Source: Felis catus
Taxonomy: Eukaryota
NCBI RefSeq assembly: GCF_018350175.1
Contig: NC_058368.1
Location: 187,676,001-187,736,000, forward strand
Direction: 5' to 3'
DNA: 60,000 nt
Shown piece after piece: positions 12,051 through 26,619 of this stretch. A model generated the notes under the pieces. That model did no database searches, had not been told where the DNA came from, and saw only the letters and a program-made list of their open reading frames with translations. How positions within the stretch are numbered: position 1 is the stretch's first letter; every line of letters starts with the position of its first letter. The position numbers were made by a program, and so were the translations under genes.

Positions 12051-14679
12051 CTGTTGAGAGCGAATAGATCATTGTATCAGAGCTTGACCGTAGATTCATT
12101 TGCGAAAACGTCCATTTTAACAAAGATTGGAAATACAAGGCAGGGGAGTCAAGGCTCTTCCATCCGTGGCATTGTAGGCTCTGGCTTTAGTCGGTGTTAC
12201 AGTGACTCTGTAAGTTGGATTTTCTTTAAGCCACCCTGAGAAGCCAGCAGCCATGGGCTCTGGCCTTGCTTTGGGCATTGGAAGGGCTGATTGCCAGGCC
12301 AGGGCCTTCCTTATTTGGCTCTGGCACCTCACTTGTGTATGGTGCTTCTCATCTTGAAGTGATTTGGCCTTTGCTGTTGCCTCTCCCTGGGGTGGACATG
12401 ATGGTGTTCTGACCTGCCAGGGCAGAGTAGAGACCCCTCCGGGCCGTCTTCTCTTGCCTGAACTCTGACAGCTGGACACGACAGAATCTCACCCCAGCTC
12501 GGTCTGCCACCCCTGGATTAAAGCCACATTGTTTTCTAATGGCTTCTAAAGCTTTCACATCCTTTTATTTTGCACTTCCAACATCAATATTTTTCCTTCT
12601 CGCTCTTCTCCCTAAATTCCTCAAATTTCTCCACTGCACGGTTGAACATTTGACTCTTCATAAAAAATGTTGACCCAAGCCCGTGCTCCACAATTTGACT
12701 AGGTCACCCCATAATTGGCTTTTCTATTCTCTTGCCCTCCTTTTGGGTTTCTGCACACTCAAGGGACAGTTCTTCCCAAATCATGAGATAAAACCAGATC
12801 TATCAATAAGAAAATGTTCTAGACACTGGTGACAGAACGTGTCTGCCCAGCTCAATTCCAGAAATGTGTCATTCAAGCCTCTCAAACCCCAAATGGCTGG
12901 TTTCGACAAGCCCTTGCCTACTGACAAGGCTGCCTTATGGTTGTGGTCTTCAAGGGAGACCCTAAGCAGCTGGCCCGCAGGGCCCCTTTCTGGAGGGAAG
13001 GGTGAGGCTTTTAGTATAAGGAGGGGTTTCCTACAGTCCCACTTGTAAGGGTGATCTGGGCTACCCCTGGGGTTGTATGCAGAAGACAGAAGATGGAGTG
13101 AGAAATGAGGTTGGGGGGCTGGATGAGACGTCATTTATGGTGGCATCCCGCTTTAAGACACCCAGACTCCAGTATCCCGACTTGTGTTCTATAGGAAGCT
13201 TGGGGACAAAAGTGAATCAGAACTGGATGTTTTCTCATGAGCCCCTCTGGTCTTAGACAACAGAAGTGCTCAGTGTGCCCACAGTGCTCACCTGAGACTT
13301 GGTCTCTGTGCACCTTATCTGTGGAAGATGCAAGTTATCTTGCAGGCTTCCTTTCATCTGCACCTCAGGATAGTGTGATCCCCGCCCCACCTGCCTCCCA
13401 GGTGTCCCAGGAGAAAATACATGGGTATGGGCCTTTGGGGCCTTGATTTTGAGGTGGAGAAGGGGGTTGGCAGGCACCCTGGTTGGCTGGGGAAGCGTAT
13501 GCTAAGTAAGGAGAGGACATTTAAGGCCTTGAGCTGGCCCTGTGCCCTTGCCCTTGACTTCTTCTTTGTCTTTCTAAACCACACTGCCCCTTGGGTAAAG
13601 GGAGTACAGCCAACGATTGTCTGGAGTATTTGAGCACCTGGCAGAAAGAGGTGACACTGGGTCTGCTGTTTTCTCTCTTTTTGTTTTTTTAAAAGTTATT
13701 AAACACACACACAGACTGGGGTGGGTTGTTTTTGATTTTTTGTTTTCGTTTTCGTTTTGCTTGTTTGCTTAGGAAACTGCAAAAATAAATACAAGCAAAG
13801 AAAGTTAGTCTCACCATTTGGAAGTCATTTCTGTTGATATTTTGGTTTAGGTTCTTCTGTTCCTTTGTGTGCATGTTATCATGATACAGTTTTATTTTGT
13901 TTTTGCTTTTTTTTTTTTTTTTTTTCAGTAAAAATGGAAAATACCTTGCCTCAAAACACTGTTCATTTCATGCATTTCTGTATCATTCTTCACCGAAATC
14001 CTGGCTATTGGACACCAGCAAAAAAAAAAAAAAAAAAAAATTAGAAACAGGCAATTGTGCTTATTTAGAATAGGTAATATGAGAACATGGTAAAAAAAAA
14101 ATCCAACTATATGAAAGGGTAGGTAGTAAATAGGCTTTCTTCCACCTTGTCTCATTCTGTGAGTTTTTCTCTCAAAGGTGCCACCAATTCCAGCTTCTTG
14201 TGAATCCTTCCAAAGTTGTTCCATGTGTAAACAAACACAAATATGGTGTGTGTTTGTGTGTTCGAACACAAGTAGTGTACTTTATACTGTGCTGTACCAT
14301 TTGATTTTTTAATGTGTATATTTTAATAATTTAAATATTTTCTGTGAAACCAATGAACAGAAGCTCTGTGACCAGAAGGGATTTCTTTTTTTTTTTTTTT
14401 TTTGGCTTTTCTGTTCATGGTAATTATGAAGGTATATAGTAGATACTCAATACGTTTTTATTGAATGAATGGACGGACTATTTCTTTTTGGTCATTTTCT
14501 ATCTAAATATATATTATGGTTCTATAACTTAATTTTTTCTTTCACTGTATATACCAAATAGCTTTCTACATCATTAACTACTTTTCTACAGTATCATGCA
14601 TCACGTTTTCTTGTGTGGATACACCAGGATTTGATTGGCTCATCTTCTTGTTGGATATTTAGGTGGAATGCTTATTCAT

Positions 14680-16245
14680 TTTCTAAAACTGAGTTATAAT
14701 CTAGAGTACAATGTACAGATCTTTTTTTAAAATTTTTTAATGTTTATTTATTTTTGAGAGAGAGCGTGCAAGCTGGGAAGGGGCAGAGAGAGGAGACACA
14801 GAATCGGGAGCAGGCTCCAGGCTCTGAGGTGTCAGCACAGAGCCCCATGCGAGGCTCGAACTCACAGACCGTAAGACCATGACCTGACCCGAAGCTGGAC
14901 ACTCAACTGACTGAACCACCCAGATAGCTATACCTATGGTACAATGTACAGATCTTAAGTGTGCATACAGTTTACAGTGTATAGTGAGTTTTGATAAATG
15001 TGTGCATTCATGTAACTACCACCATGTTCAAGATACAGAATATTGCCAGAGCACCTAGCTGGCTCAGTTGGTGGAGCACGTGGCTCTTGATCTCTGGGTC
15101 ATCAGTTTGAGCCCCCACCCCCAGTGTATAGAGAGAGAATGCTTAAATAAACAAATAAACGTAAAAAAATATTTTTTTTTTACATTTATTTACTTATTTT
15201 GAGAGGGAGAGAGAGTGAGCGAGCACATGCACAAGCAGGGGAGGGCCAGAGAGAGAATCCTAAGCAGGCTCCATACCAGCAACACAGAGCCTGATGTGGG
15301 GCTTGAACCCACGAGCCATGAGATCATGACCTGAGCCGAAATCAAGAGTCACTTAACCGACCAAGCCACCCAATTGCCCCAATAAACTTAAAAACAGAAT
15401 CTTAAGAAGAAAAGATGTACAACATTGCCATTGAGCTAGAAAGCTCCTCTGTGCCCCTCCTCAGTCACTCACTCCATCCTGCTCCCAGCCCTAGGCAAGC
15501 CATCTACTGTTTGTCTCTCTGGATTGTATTTGTCTTTCCTAGAGTTTGATATACATAGAGTTACACATACGTACTCTTTTCTGTCTGCCTTTTTCTCCGT
15601 AGCATAATATGTTTGAGATGCATCCATGTTATAGCTATTAGGAGTTTATTCCTTTTTCTTGCTAAGTAATATTCCATTTGTTTATTTATACAACACAGCT
15701 CTTTCATCCATTTCTCCCTTGTCCTTTGAGGCATTTCTCGTGTACCATTTGATTTTTAAAAAATTTTTTCATATTTATTTATTTTTGAGAGACAGAGAGA
15801 AAGCGTGAGTGGGGGAGGGGCAGAGAGATAGAGGGAGACACAGCATCTGAAGCAGACTCCAGGCTCTGAGCTGTCAGCACAGAGCTGGACACGGGGCTTG
15901 AACTCACAAACTGTGACATCATGACCTGAGGAGAAGTCAGACGCTCAACTGACTGAGCTTCCCAGGAGCCCCTCTCATGTACCATTTGATTTTCAATAGC
16001 GCTGTGGGGGGTGCCTGGGTGGCTCAGTTGGTTAAGTATCCGACTTTGGCTCAGGTCATGATCTCATGGTTTGTGAGTTTGAACCCCACGTCGGGCTCTG
16101 TGCTGACAGCTCAGAGCCTGGAGCCTGCTTTGGATTCTGTGTCTTCCTCTCTCTCTGCCACTCCCCTGCTCATGCTCTGTGTGTCTGTCTCTCTCTCTCA
16201 AAAATAAATAAATGTTTAAAAAAATTTTTAATAAATAAATAAATA
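14680..16245. mobile_element. Old L1 3' fragment (-) interrupted and followed by five SINEs (about 14722-14925 -, 15049-15170 +, 15172-15380 -, 15754-15972 -, 16006-16245 +)
   Basis: L1 3'-UTR motifs (gagttttgataaatg, cccagccctaggcaagc, agcataatatgtttgagatgcatccatg). SINE TSDs such as gtacaatgtacagatctt and tgtaccatttgatttt. Confidence 0.8.
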
Positions 16246-17149
16246 AAAGTATGGTCATGGGAATAAATTCCTAAAGTGAAATTGTTGGTCACAGGGTATA
16301 ATTTTGAGAACTTTGCATATCACCGGTTAATTCCTGAAAGGTTGCACCTGTTTGCACTTCCACCAGTGGTGTGGGAGAGTGCCTGCTTCCCAGCAGCTTT
16401 GCTAAACCTAGGTATTACTGTTTTGAAAAAAATCAATGCCATTTGGTTAGGTCAAAATGGTGCCTCCTGGCTGTGTTTGAAAGGAATGGGAACCCAGAGT
16501 GGGAAAAGCACTGGAGGGGAATAAGGAGGGAACTCTGATACCTTCCCAGACCTGAGGGGCCCCACCTGCAGCAGGGAACCAGCCTGGGACCCATCTTGGG
16601 CTGGGTAAGGGCTGTTGAAGTGCCTTCCGCCCTGGCCAGAAAACTCCTAGTGCTCCCTCTTAGCCCCCTCAGTGTGTGCTGCCTCCTACCTCCAAGTGGC
16701 ACTTTCTTGGGAACTGACTCCTTCTGAGGCCAAATTTGAATTGTCCAGAGGCATTGGCTCCCTTAGAGGTCACTGGAGCAGGTAGTGCCAGAGCCTGGAC
16801 ATCCTTTATGATAGAGAGATCCACACTGGTACCACGAGCTACTTATTCCAGTGACTTGGGTGGGTGGGTTGAGGGAACAAGAATGGGAAGGGACGGTCAT
16901 TAGAAGAGAAGCATCAGGAACTAGATTCAATTGCTGTATGGAAAAGTTGGAAAGAACCTAAATGCCCATCAGAAGGGAATTGGTTTCACTGTGGTTGGTC
17001 TAACACACTAAAATTTGTGGAGTCATTAGATGTGACATTGTGGAAGACAGCTTTGTGCTTGATGACAGTTGATTTTTCTGACCATTGCAAAAATCCCAGA
17101 CAGCTCAGAGCATGTCTAATTCTTTGGAGTGTACCTCTGTTTTTTTCTT

Positions 17150-17513
17150 AACTTTTATGATAGAAATTTTTAAAGATACACAAAAGTAGGGAGAATAGTA
17201 AAATGAATCCCCATGTACTTTCCACTTAGCTTAGTACCTGTTTCATCTGTTCCCCAGACAACATGTGATTTTACATATAAATATGTGCTAACAGGCTTTT
17301 TTTTTTAAAGTAACAACTTTGGGGATGCCTTGGTGGCTCAGTCGGTTAAGTCTCCAACTTTGGCTGAGGTCATGATCTCACGGGTTGTGGGTTCAAGCCC
17401 CGTGCTGACAGTCTCAGTGCTGACATCAGTCTCAGTGCTGACAGCTCAGAGCCTGGAACCTGCTTTGAATTCTGCGTCTCCTTCTCTCTTTGCCCCTCCC
17501 TGACTCGAGCGCA

Positions 17514-17546
<33 letters not shown>

Positions 17547-17871
17547 AAAAATAAACATTGAAAATTAAATGTAACAACTATGCCACTATCACACCTAACA
17601 AAATTAACGATTCATTAATATCTACTATTGCCCAGTCCATATTAAGCTTCCCCACTTGTCTCAAAAATGGCTTTTATAGTTGGTTTATTCAAATCATCAT
17701 CCTGATAAGGTCCATGTATTACATTTCTTAAAAATTACTCTTTAAGGGGTGCCTGGGTGGCTCAGTTGGTTGAGCATCCAGCTCCTGGTTTTGGTTCAGG
17801 TCATGATCTCGTGGTTCATGGGTTTGAGTCCTATATCAGGCTCTGTACTGACAGTGCAGAGTCTTCTTGGG

Positions 17872-17917
<46 letters not shown>

Positions 17918-18150
17918 CCTCCCTTGCTTGCTCTCTCTGTCTCTCACAATAAATAAATAAACTTAAATTTTTTTTTAAATTACTCTTTAAGGTTTTAATT
18001 CTCTGATAGACTCACTTCCCTGCACCCCTCTCCCTTAAAAGCATTTTTCCCCATGACCTTGATTTTTGGAGAAATCAGGTCATTTGTTCTGATAAATGTC
18101 CCCTACCTTGATTTGGCCTGTTCCTTCCTAATGGTATCATTTAACTTGAG
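17150..18150. mobile_element. L1MC-like fragment (-) carrying two SINEs (about 17321-17565 +, 17746-17970 +)
   Basis: L1 motifs around SINEs that have TSDs (taacaact; aaattactctttaagg). Confidence 0.7.
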
Positions 18151-20304
18151 TTCTCTGTTAACAATTTGGTTTATATACTTCCCTACTCTTGTGGGATTTT
18201 AGTGTGCTATAACCTACTTTTTGTCTAGCTAGCTATCAGCTCAAACATTGCTTCCTCAGAGAAGCCTTTCTTTACTCCCTTCCAGACAAGGTCGGGCCTG
18301 GGACCCTTGTTACATTCTCAGACCACCGTGCATTATTGCTTCAGCACTCAGCATGATTTGTAATTTGACACTTATTAATGGGATTATCTGATTTAGAACC
18401 AGCCTCCCCCCTAGACAGCAGGCCCAAGAGGGCAGGCCAGGGCCGTGTCTCTTCAGCTCTGAGCAGAGTGACTGCTGCACATCACAGACACCTTATCTGG
18501 AGTCTGTGTCCTACAGCCCACACACTGCCTTCCTGGATTTCGCTGTTGAAACAGGCTTTTGGGGCAGGTAACATGGCTCCCAGTAACTCCACCCTGCTGG
18601 TAGAGAAATGGCCTCTGAGAGCTTAAATGCTCAGCCAGGACTTCCCTATTAAGTGGGAGAGCTGGGGCTTTGAGACCGTGCGATCTGCTGTGCAGAGTGT
18701 GACTTAGGACGGGCAAAAGAATTGCAGCCAGCCTTGAAGTCAGCGATGGGGTAACACTAACTTCCCCTTGAGGGACGTGAGAAGGCGGGGGTTAGTGGGA
18801 CAAGGCTGTTGGTTCTGAGTTGATAGATCTCGTTAGTCTCTCCTTTTGTGTTCATTTTCTGTTTTGAAATAATATCAAACATACATGAGAGTTGCCAACA
18901 CGGTTCACAATTGTGAACATTTCACACATTTATTTGCCTTATCATTCTCTTCTTCCATCTTGATACTTTTTTTTTTTTTTTCTGGAAGCAAGTTGCAGGC
19001 GTTATCCCTTAATACTTCAGGGCTTATTTTGTATGGTTACTTTTGAGATTGGCCATGAAGTGGTTTGTGGGAGAAGTGTTGTCAGACCACTAGGGATATC
19101 TTCCCAGTTGTCAGGAACCTCCCTGGAAGCCTGCTTTGGGAGGAAGGGATTTCAGCATTCTGGTGAGAAAGGAGGAAGCCCAGGGCCACAGGCAACCTTT
19201 CTAGACCATGAGTGGGGATGGCAGAATACTGGCTTATTTCCTTGGACCATCTCCATGGCCTTACTGGCAGAGAGCCCCTTCAGTCAGCATTTACTGAGCC
19301 CCACGTATAACCTGTAGACCTATGGGAGGCTCTGCCAGGAGAGGCTGTGGACTCAACCACACCCTGGGGGCCTCAACAACAGTAACGATAGTCCACGTTA
19401 ATGTACATTAATGGACGCTTGCTTGATACACATTTCCTTCCATTATCAAAGTCCTCAGGCAGCCCCCCCAGAAGGTACTGTAATTATCCTCATTTTACAG
19501 GTGAGACTCAGGAGAATTTAGAGAGTTAAATGACTTACCTAAAGCCATGCAGCTACGAAGATGGCAGAACCAGGATTTGAAGGCAGGCAACCTGGCTCCA
19601 AAGCTCACACTGTGAACCACTGTACAGATGGTGACATCCCGTTGCCTAGAGACACGTGAAAAGCTTCAAAGAGGAGGTGCTGTTTGGGCTGTGTTCAAAG
19701 GATAAGCAGAAGCTTGCTAGGCAGAGAGAGGTGTGGAGGAAGTTCATCTCTCAGGGCACAGGGCAGTGAGTGATGGTCACACAGTGACTTGCAAAGGGCG
19801 GTCTAGTGAGTGGGGGAGGGGCAGGAGAGGGGCTGGGAGCATTGGCTCTGGGGATGTGGGTCTCCCAGATGTGTACACATATCCTGTGAGCACGCACAGT
19901 GGTATGAGGAGGGAGTGCTGGATCACTGGGAAATGGCCTTGGCCTTGGAGACCTGTGTCTCCAGTGTTGGTGGTGGTCCAGAGAAATCGCATCTGAACCA
20001 GGGCAGGAAGTGGAGAGATTTGAGAGTTTGAGGAAATAGAATCAAAGGACCAGTTAACAAAGGGGAGAAGGGTTTCAAGTTTCTTACGTTTTTCCATTGC
20101 TGAGCATGATGGGCCTTTGTCACAGTGAACATCATTCTTAGAAATCTCCTAGCATATGCTAGTTTCTGTGTCCTCTTTAAAGACTCCCACTGCCCACCAA
20201 GTTGATGTTTATTGGGTGCCTACAATAAGCCAGATAGTGTTAAATCCTTGATTCATATTATCTCATTGAGTATTCATGTTGCTTAAGAAAGAAAAGACAA
20301 GGAG

Positions 20305-20500
20305 AGGGACCCCTGGGTGGCTCTTGATTTTGGCTCAGGTCATGATTTCACGGTTCAAGTTTGAGTTCCACGTTGGGTTCGGTGCTGAGCATGGGGCCTG
20401 CTTAAGATTCTGTTTCTCTCTCCCTCTGTCCCTGTCCCCTGCTTTGCTCTCTCTCTCTCTGTCTCTCTCTCTCTCTCTCAAAAAAAAAAAAAAAAAAAAA
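20305..20500 (+). mobile_element. Carnivore SINE
   Basis: SINE body, (CT)n tract and poly(A). Confidence 0.85.
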
Positions 20501-20784
20501 AGACGAGTTAATTGTCCTGACCACTGACCACAGCACTAGTAGTTCCTGAACATCAGTGCATGTTCATTCTTGCATTCAACACCTATTTTTAGCAGCTGAC
20601 CACATGCTAAGCACTGCCAGCTGCTGGGAATATAAGTGGTGAACAAAACAAAATTCTCTACCTTTATGGAGCATATAATGAAGCATCAGGCTCGGATGAC
20701 GTGCACGTAAAGCACAGATGGATGCCCAGCTGTGTCTCCAGGAAGTCAGATACAGTAAGTCAGGAAATGGGGAATGCAGTAGAC

Positions 20785-21125
20785 AGCTAGGGCTGCCTCA
20801 GACTGGGTGGCTGAAAACAGTAGAACTTTACTCTCTCACACTTTTGGAGTGCTCCTTGGCTTATTGCTGCATTCATGCATTCTCTGTCTCCATCTTGACC
20901 TCGTCTTCCTCCTGTATCTGCTTTTGCCTAGTCTTTCCCCTATGTGTCTAGATGTCTCTCTTTTCTGTTCTTATAAGGATACCAGTCATTGGTTTAGGGC
21001 CCACCCTAATCCATTACAACTTTATTGTAAGTTGGTCTCATCTGTGAAGGCCCTGTTTCCAAAAGTCACATTCTGAGGTTCTGGGTAGGTAGGGGTTTTG
21101 GGGAGACATTATTCAACTCAGGACA
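20785..21125 (-). mobile_element. MaLR LTR (MLT1A/B-like)
   Basis: gctagggctgcc, ttcttataaggataccagtcattggtttagggcccaccctaatcc, gtcacattctgaggttctggg and acattattcaac. Confidence 0.8.
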
Positions 21126-23065
21126 GGGGGAAGCCTCCATTTTTCAGGGAATTCTCAGAAGATTCCAATGTCTGGGATCAAATGACCATAGTTGTAGAAA
21201 CCCTGGACTGTATATCAGCAGGGGAATGGAGGTAGTGGTTGTGGTAGTGGTTACCTTACTGACCTGTTTCAGGCTGCATGGTAGGGTGAAGGTTCCCAGG
21301 AAAATCCCTCAGAAGGAATCTGGAAATTGGGAACGGGAAGAGTCGAGTGAAGAGCTGTTGGAACCACAGCTTAGGAATGGTGACCCAGGAGGGAAGGGGG
21401 AGAGATCCAGGGGTTGGACCTGTTACAGAGAACCACCATGGAAGGGGGTGCATCATGACCCCTGTCCCTACATAACAGAGCATGTGGGAGAATGAGGGGC
21501 ATCCCCCATTGAGAAGGTAAGGTGTGAGGGATGTGGTCAAATCAGGAAGTTGCCGAAATGAAGAATATGGGGGACGGTTTATAAAAAGACCATGAGTGTT
21601 GTCTTTGGGGGTGTTGGGAGGTCTCTGGGGCAGGACCATAGAGAGGCAGACACACATGCCTTTGGCCGCAGTTGGATGCCAGCAGCTACAGCCAGACCTG
21701 TCACAGAGTATGCTCTGGACGCCAGTGGCTGTGGCTCCTGGGAACAAAGAGGCGTGTCCGGAGCTGGCCCTTTTCTGAGTTCAGGGGGCCAGTGAGAGAT
21801 GTGGTGGCTGGAGATGACCTTTCTCTCTGCTGGAAGACAGGCCGGAGGTCAGCAGGAGGGGATGTCACTGGCATTGTTGGCTTTATGTGCTGCAAACCAC
21901 TCTCTCGAGGGTGTCGAAATAGTGTTCTCGCAGCGATGTTGGTTCTTTACCGAAAATACCTTCTTGGGCTTTATGAAGCAATTGGGGCAGAGAGGGGAAG
22001 GAGGGTGATCCTTGAACTGTGCAGGGCCTCTGGGGTCAGAGGTGTGTACTTCTGAGGCCTCTAAAGAGCCAACTTACCCACCTCCCCTTTCTTTTTCCCT
22101 TTCAATTTGCAAGTCTCCGCTTCCTGTTGGTCACCTTGGTTACACATGATGTTTCTTCATGTCTTGCTACTCTTTGTTCTCAGGCAGACACCATCCCTCG
22201 AGCTGTTTCCCAACCAGCTGGCCCAGTGCCTGGAGGCCCAGCCTCCCTAGGGAGGCAGCAGTTGGCAGCACTGAGGATGAGCATGGCAGGAAGCACAAAG
22301 GAGACCAGTGTGGTTTTCCTTCAGCGGCTGGTGTGGGAGAGCAACTTGCCCCTGCTCTGCACCTTGGGCCACTTACAAAGTGGTTGTCACACTCAAAGCA
22401 GCACCACACCCCAGGCCCAGCCAGTCCCTCTGATGTCCAAGTCCAGGATTTGCCACTAACCCACAGGGTGGCTTTGGCCATTGCACTTCTGTGCCTCATT
22501 TTTCTGGGCATCAGCCAGTCCTGGTGGTGCCACTGACTGTGCCCAGCTCAACAGGCTGAGTGCTGCGATGGAGAGCCCAGGTTGAGTTACAGCTGTCAGT
22601 AGGGCCATAGTACAGTGTGAGGGAGAAGTGGGGGCATGTGTGTGCAGAGAAGCTAGACTGGAGGCGCGTCTACCAACACGTGCACATGCTCACACTTGTC
22701 TCTTGGTGGTGGCATTGCTGGTGAATTTAATTTTCTTTGTATTCATATATGTGTTTTCTAAAATTCCTACAGTAATAAAATATTTTATAACCTGTTAAAT
22801 ATAACATTATTTTGGAAGGAAAACACAAACCTAAACTATCCCATAGAGTCTGCAAAGCAGTGTTATGAGCATGGAATCAGAAAGCCCAGATTCAGATCCA
22901 TCACTTACAAACTGGGGGACCTTAAGCAAGTTATGTAGCTTCTCTGAGCTGTCCTTGTCCTGAATACTGGGATGCCGATAATCCCCACCATGTGGGCTTG
23001 TTGGAGGTGAGAGGACAGAATGCATGGAACATGGTATCTGGCAAAGGAAATACACAGAGTTTTAG

Positions 23066-23068
<3 letters not shown>

Positions 23069-23106
<38 letters not shown>
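23069..23106. repeat. (TA)n microsatellite (second tract at 23366-23397)
   Basis: Read directly from the sequence. Confidence 0.95.
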
Positions 23107-23108
<2 letters not shown>

Positions 23109-23362
23109 CATGTATATAAAATGGAAGGTTGTATAAAGGTGTTCATCATAATGAGTGATTCCAGATACTCATGAAGACCAGACCAGAGAGGAGGTATAAG
23201 AACCTGGGGATGCTGAATTCTGTCTTTGCCTTGGTGTGGCAGTGACAGTAGACAGGTGCCTCAGTCTATATAGCAGTAGGTGGTTTCCAGGGAGGAACCA
23301 AGTCTGTGTTTACAGAGGACTGGGAATTGCCAAAATTGTAAATACATATGTAATATATTAAA

Positions 23363-23400
<38 letters not shown>

Positions 23401-24513
23401 GTGTATATGTGTATTGTACACATATATACACATATGTAATATATATACATATGAGACAGGGCAGTTGAGGGGATTTAATTTGGAGCCCGTCCATAGACCC
23501 CACAAGGCAGGGCACCCGGCTCTTGGCTGCCAGGGTGAGCTGGCATCTCTGTCGTCTTGTGCCTCTCCTAGGCTCTGAACACCATGGCTGTGTGGAAATT
23601 CTTACCAGGGCAATTCAACAGGTGAAAACTGTGGCTTTTCATCTCAGAGAGCTTTTCAGTAAACCTTTCGGCTTAGCATCATCAACTTGTTGGGAGTTGA
23701 GCCAGGGATTTTCTCTGGAGTCTCACCTTGCAGATGCATTGGAATTTAATGTCCCCAGCACACCAGTGCCCAGCTGCCAGCACCCTAAATCACCATCTCC
23801 TGGAACAAGCTTTCTGGGATGTTGTTCCTCTGCCCCTATCCCCCCTAAAAAGGGATGGTGGTGATGGTCATCTGTGGATAAACAGATTTAACCTAGAGTT
23901 TCCTAAAACTATGTGCATTTTTTTCCTGAACAAATGTTTCAGGGATTCCAGTGAGCTAATATCTGATTGCTTTTTAGGAAGGAACAAAGTAGTATGCAGT
24001 ATATAGCATGGCCCACAGATCCCTGTTCTTCAGGGAGTATAAAATTGGGCCAGGGTGTCATGGAACACACACTGGGAAACATTGCCTTTGAAATGACTGA
24101 CAGTAGAGTATGTAATTTAGAATTCTTGAAGTTCCCAGTCCCTTATAAAACACCACCTTTTTCCTCTGTGTTCAACCCCTGCTGCTATTGGGTAGACTGA
24201 GGCACCCCAAGGCAAGGACAGAGTTTTCTCTTTCCCTTAGAATTCAGCATCCCCAGGTTCTTACACCTCCTGGTCTTGGGGAGTATTTTGATTTGCACAT
24301 TATGATAGTTTTATTCAACCTCTAAGATCCCGAGAAAACCATTTTTACTTCCCTTTTCATTTCAAGTATGTGCCGTTCTCCAAATTTGGACGTTTTGTTA
24401 ATTATTGAGTATTTCTTCTGTGTCAAGTATTGGAGTCACCGAGCTGAACAAGACAAACCCATCCCTTTTCTCATGATGTTTATCATTGAGGAGTGAAGAA
24501 AGACACTCAAAGT

Positions 24514-24555
24514 GGATGGATGGATGGATGGATGGATGGATGGATGGATGGATGG
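24514..24555. repeat. (GGAT)n microsatellite inside an L2-like fragment (about 24400-24720)
   Basis: Read directly from the sequence; flanks carry L2 motifs (gaacaagacaaaccc, taagctgagatctgaagg). Confidence 0.85.
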
Positions 24556-25989
24556 GATAGGTGGGGAAAGGTTCTAGGTGCTTGGGGAATATCTGAAAGG
24601 CATATGACCAGGAAGCACTGTTTTCAGAAGTGACTTTTAAGCTGAGATCTGAAGGAAGAATAGGTGAATGATGCGAAGTAAAACCATAAGGCAGGTAGAA
24701 AACAACACAGTACAAGACACCAAGTCTACAAAATGTAGACCTCCCTTCCTCCCTTCATATGAGAAAACAAGGGTGACCAGGTGAACTTTTACAGTGCACA
24801 TGACCTTCAAACTCCTCTGAGGTTAGCCTCAAAATGCCGGCATAGCCTGTGTGTGAAGAGCACAGGCTGAATTTTCTCCCCCATCTGTCCTTCAGCAGTG
24901 ACAAGCCAGGGTCCCTGCCCAGCAGTCCTGGCTGTGGGCTTGGGGCCTGTTGAACTGCACTTCAGCCTGGCCTCACCTGTTCTCCCAGGCACATCTGAGA
25001 CCAGCCCAGGTGTAGAGTGTTTGCTACCTCTGCCAAAGTCAGTGCCTCTGTGAGAAAGGGGAGAGCACTGGAGGAGCAGACACGTGCATGGAATCTTCAG
25101 AAGCCTGTCCACACAGCCCTGCTGCTGCTCTGTGTATTCCAGTTTGGGCTTTGTAGGTGTTGTGAGTCACTTGTCTTCAGCCTTTCTCGGAAAGCTGTGC
25201 CTCTCAATAATCCTCTTTCTGCCTTGGAACCCCCAGACAGAGCTCTTGGTCAGCAAGGAGAGTGGTTCCTAAAGGACTCAAGCCTTTCTGGACATGTACC
25301 ACCTTCCTTTCCTCTAGAATGGTGCCTCTGGTCACAGAACTGTCCCGCATCATGGTGGAATTTCCCACTCAGGGGGCAGTGTCCCCCGTATTGGTTACCC
25401 CAGGGAAGGATGCAAGGCTGGCTAAGGGAGACTGGGGCGGGGCAGGGATGGCCACAGGCAGGGAGAAGCTTTCCCGCAGCTGGTGTTGGCTGAGGTGGCA
25501 CCTGTGTGCATCATGAACACTCCATTCATTTATTCAAACATTCATTCGTTCATTCATTCAGCAGATATTTTTTAGCCCTTACTGTGTGCCAGGTACCAGG
25601 GGTACAGCCCAGACCTGGAGAGAAAAATGACTCCCTCCCTCACAGAGATCACATTCTGCGGGGTGGAAGGAGAAGGCCAGTTAATAAACCCTTTATTGGA
25701 CAGTCACTGCTCAGTGTAGGAACACACAGGCTGCTATGGGAGGGCAGTCGGGGAAGGCCTGTCTGGTGAGTGACCAGAACAGAGACCAGAAGGATGAGAA
25801 ATGGCCCAAATGCCAGAATGGGGATCTGGTGGAATCACGACACAACCTTATGATGACAAAATGCTAGGCAGCCATTGAAAATATGGTTTCCGATGCTGTC
25901 TTGAAGGGGGAGTTGGGCATGCTTGTAGATTATGACTCCATTTTGTAGAAGTTTGCACAGAGGAAAATATCTGAAGCATCCGTGTAAAG

Positions 25990-26192
25990 GCATGGCTCAG
26001 TCAGTTAAGTGTCTGACTCTTGATTTCAGCTCAGGTCATGATCTCACGGTTTGTGAGTTCAAGCCCCGTATCAGGCTTTGAGCTAATAGGGCAGTGCCTG
26101 CTTGGGATTCTTTGTCTTCCTCTCTCTTTATCCCCTCCCCCGCTTGTGTGCGTGCGCACTCTCTCAAAAATAAATAAATAAACATTAAAAAA
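25990..26192 (+). mobile_element. Carnivore SINE
   Basis: SINE consensus with a TSD-like atcc(g/a)tgtaaa. Confidence 0.88.
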
Positions 26193-26619
26193 AGGAATCC
26201 ATGTAAAACTTACTAGGACTTTTCTCTTCATGAGAGATCATAAGTGATATTTGTTATTTTTTTCTACTTTAGAAAAGTTGTTAGTGAATATATCATTTAT
26301 AATTAGTAAAACGGAAAAAGAAAAAAAGGTCACTACTTCTGGGTTGGACCTGGGTGGGGCCTTGCATCTTGTGAGGACGAAGTGGGGTATTTAGCACAGT
26401 GCTGACATGGGGCATGTTATTATTAAAGGGCTGACTTTCTCAAAGACATGACGTGAAGTTACCAGGGAATCCTTGGGGATACATTTTGAGCTGGGCCTTA
26501 ATACAGTGGGTATCTAGTCCCTCCCTCTGTTTCTTTTCAGACTGGAAACACAGTATTGAAGTAATAAAATGTCTATACATTGAATGTTTTTTAAATTTCA
26601 GTCTTTTTTTGAATATTAC

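Noticed and set aside
23069..23450. Two (TA)n tracts bracketing ~260 bp as a possible TA-targeting transposon
   Set aside because: No terminal inverted repeats are visible; two independent microsatellites is the simpler explanation.
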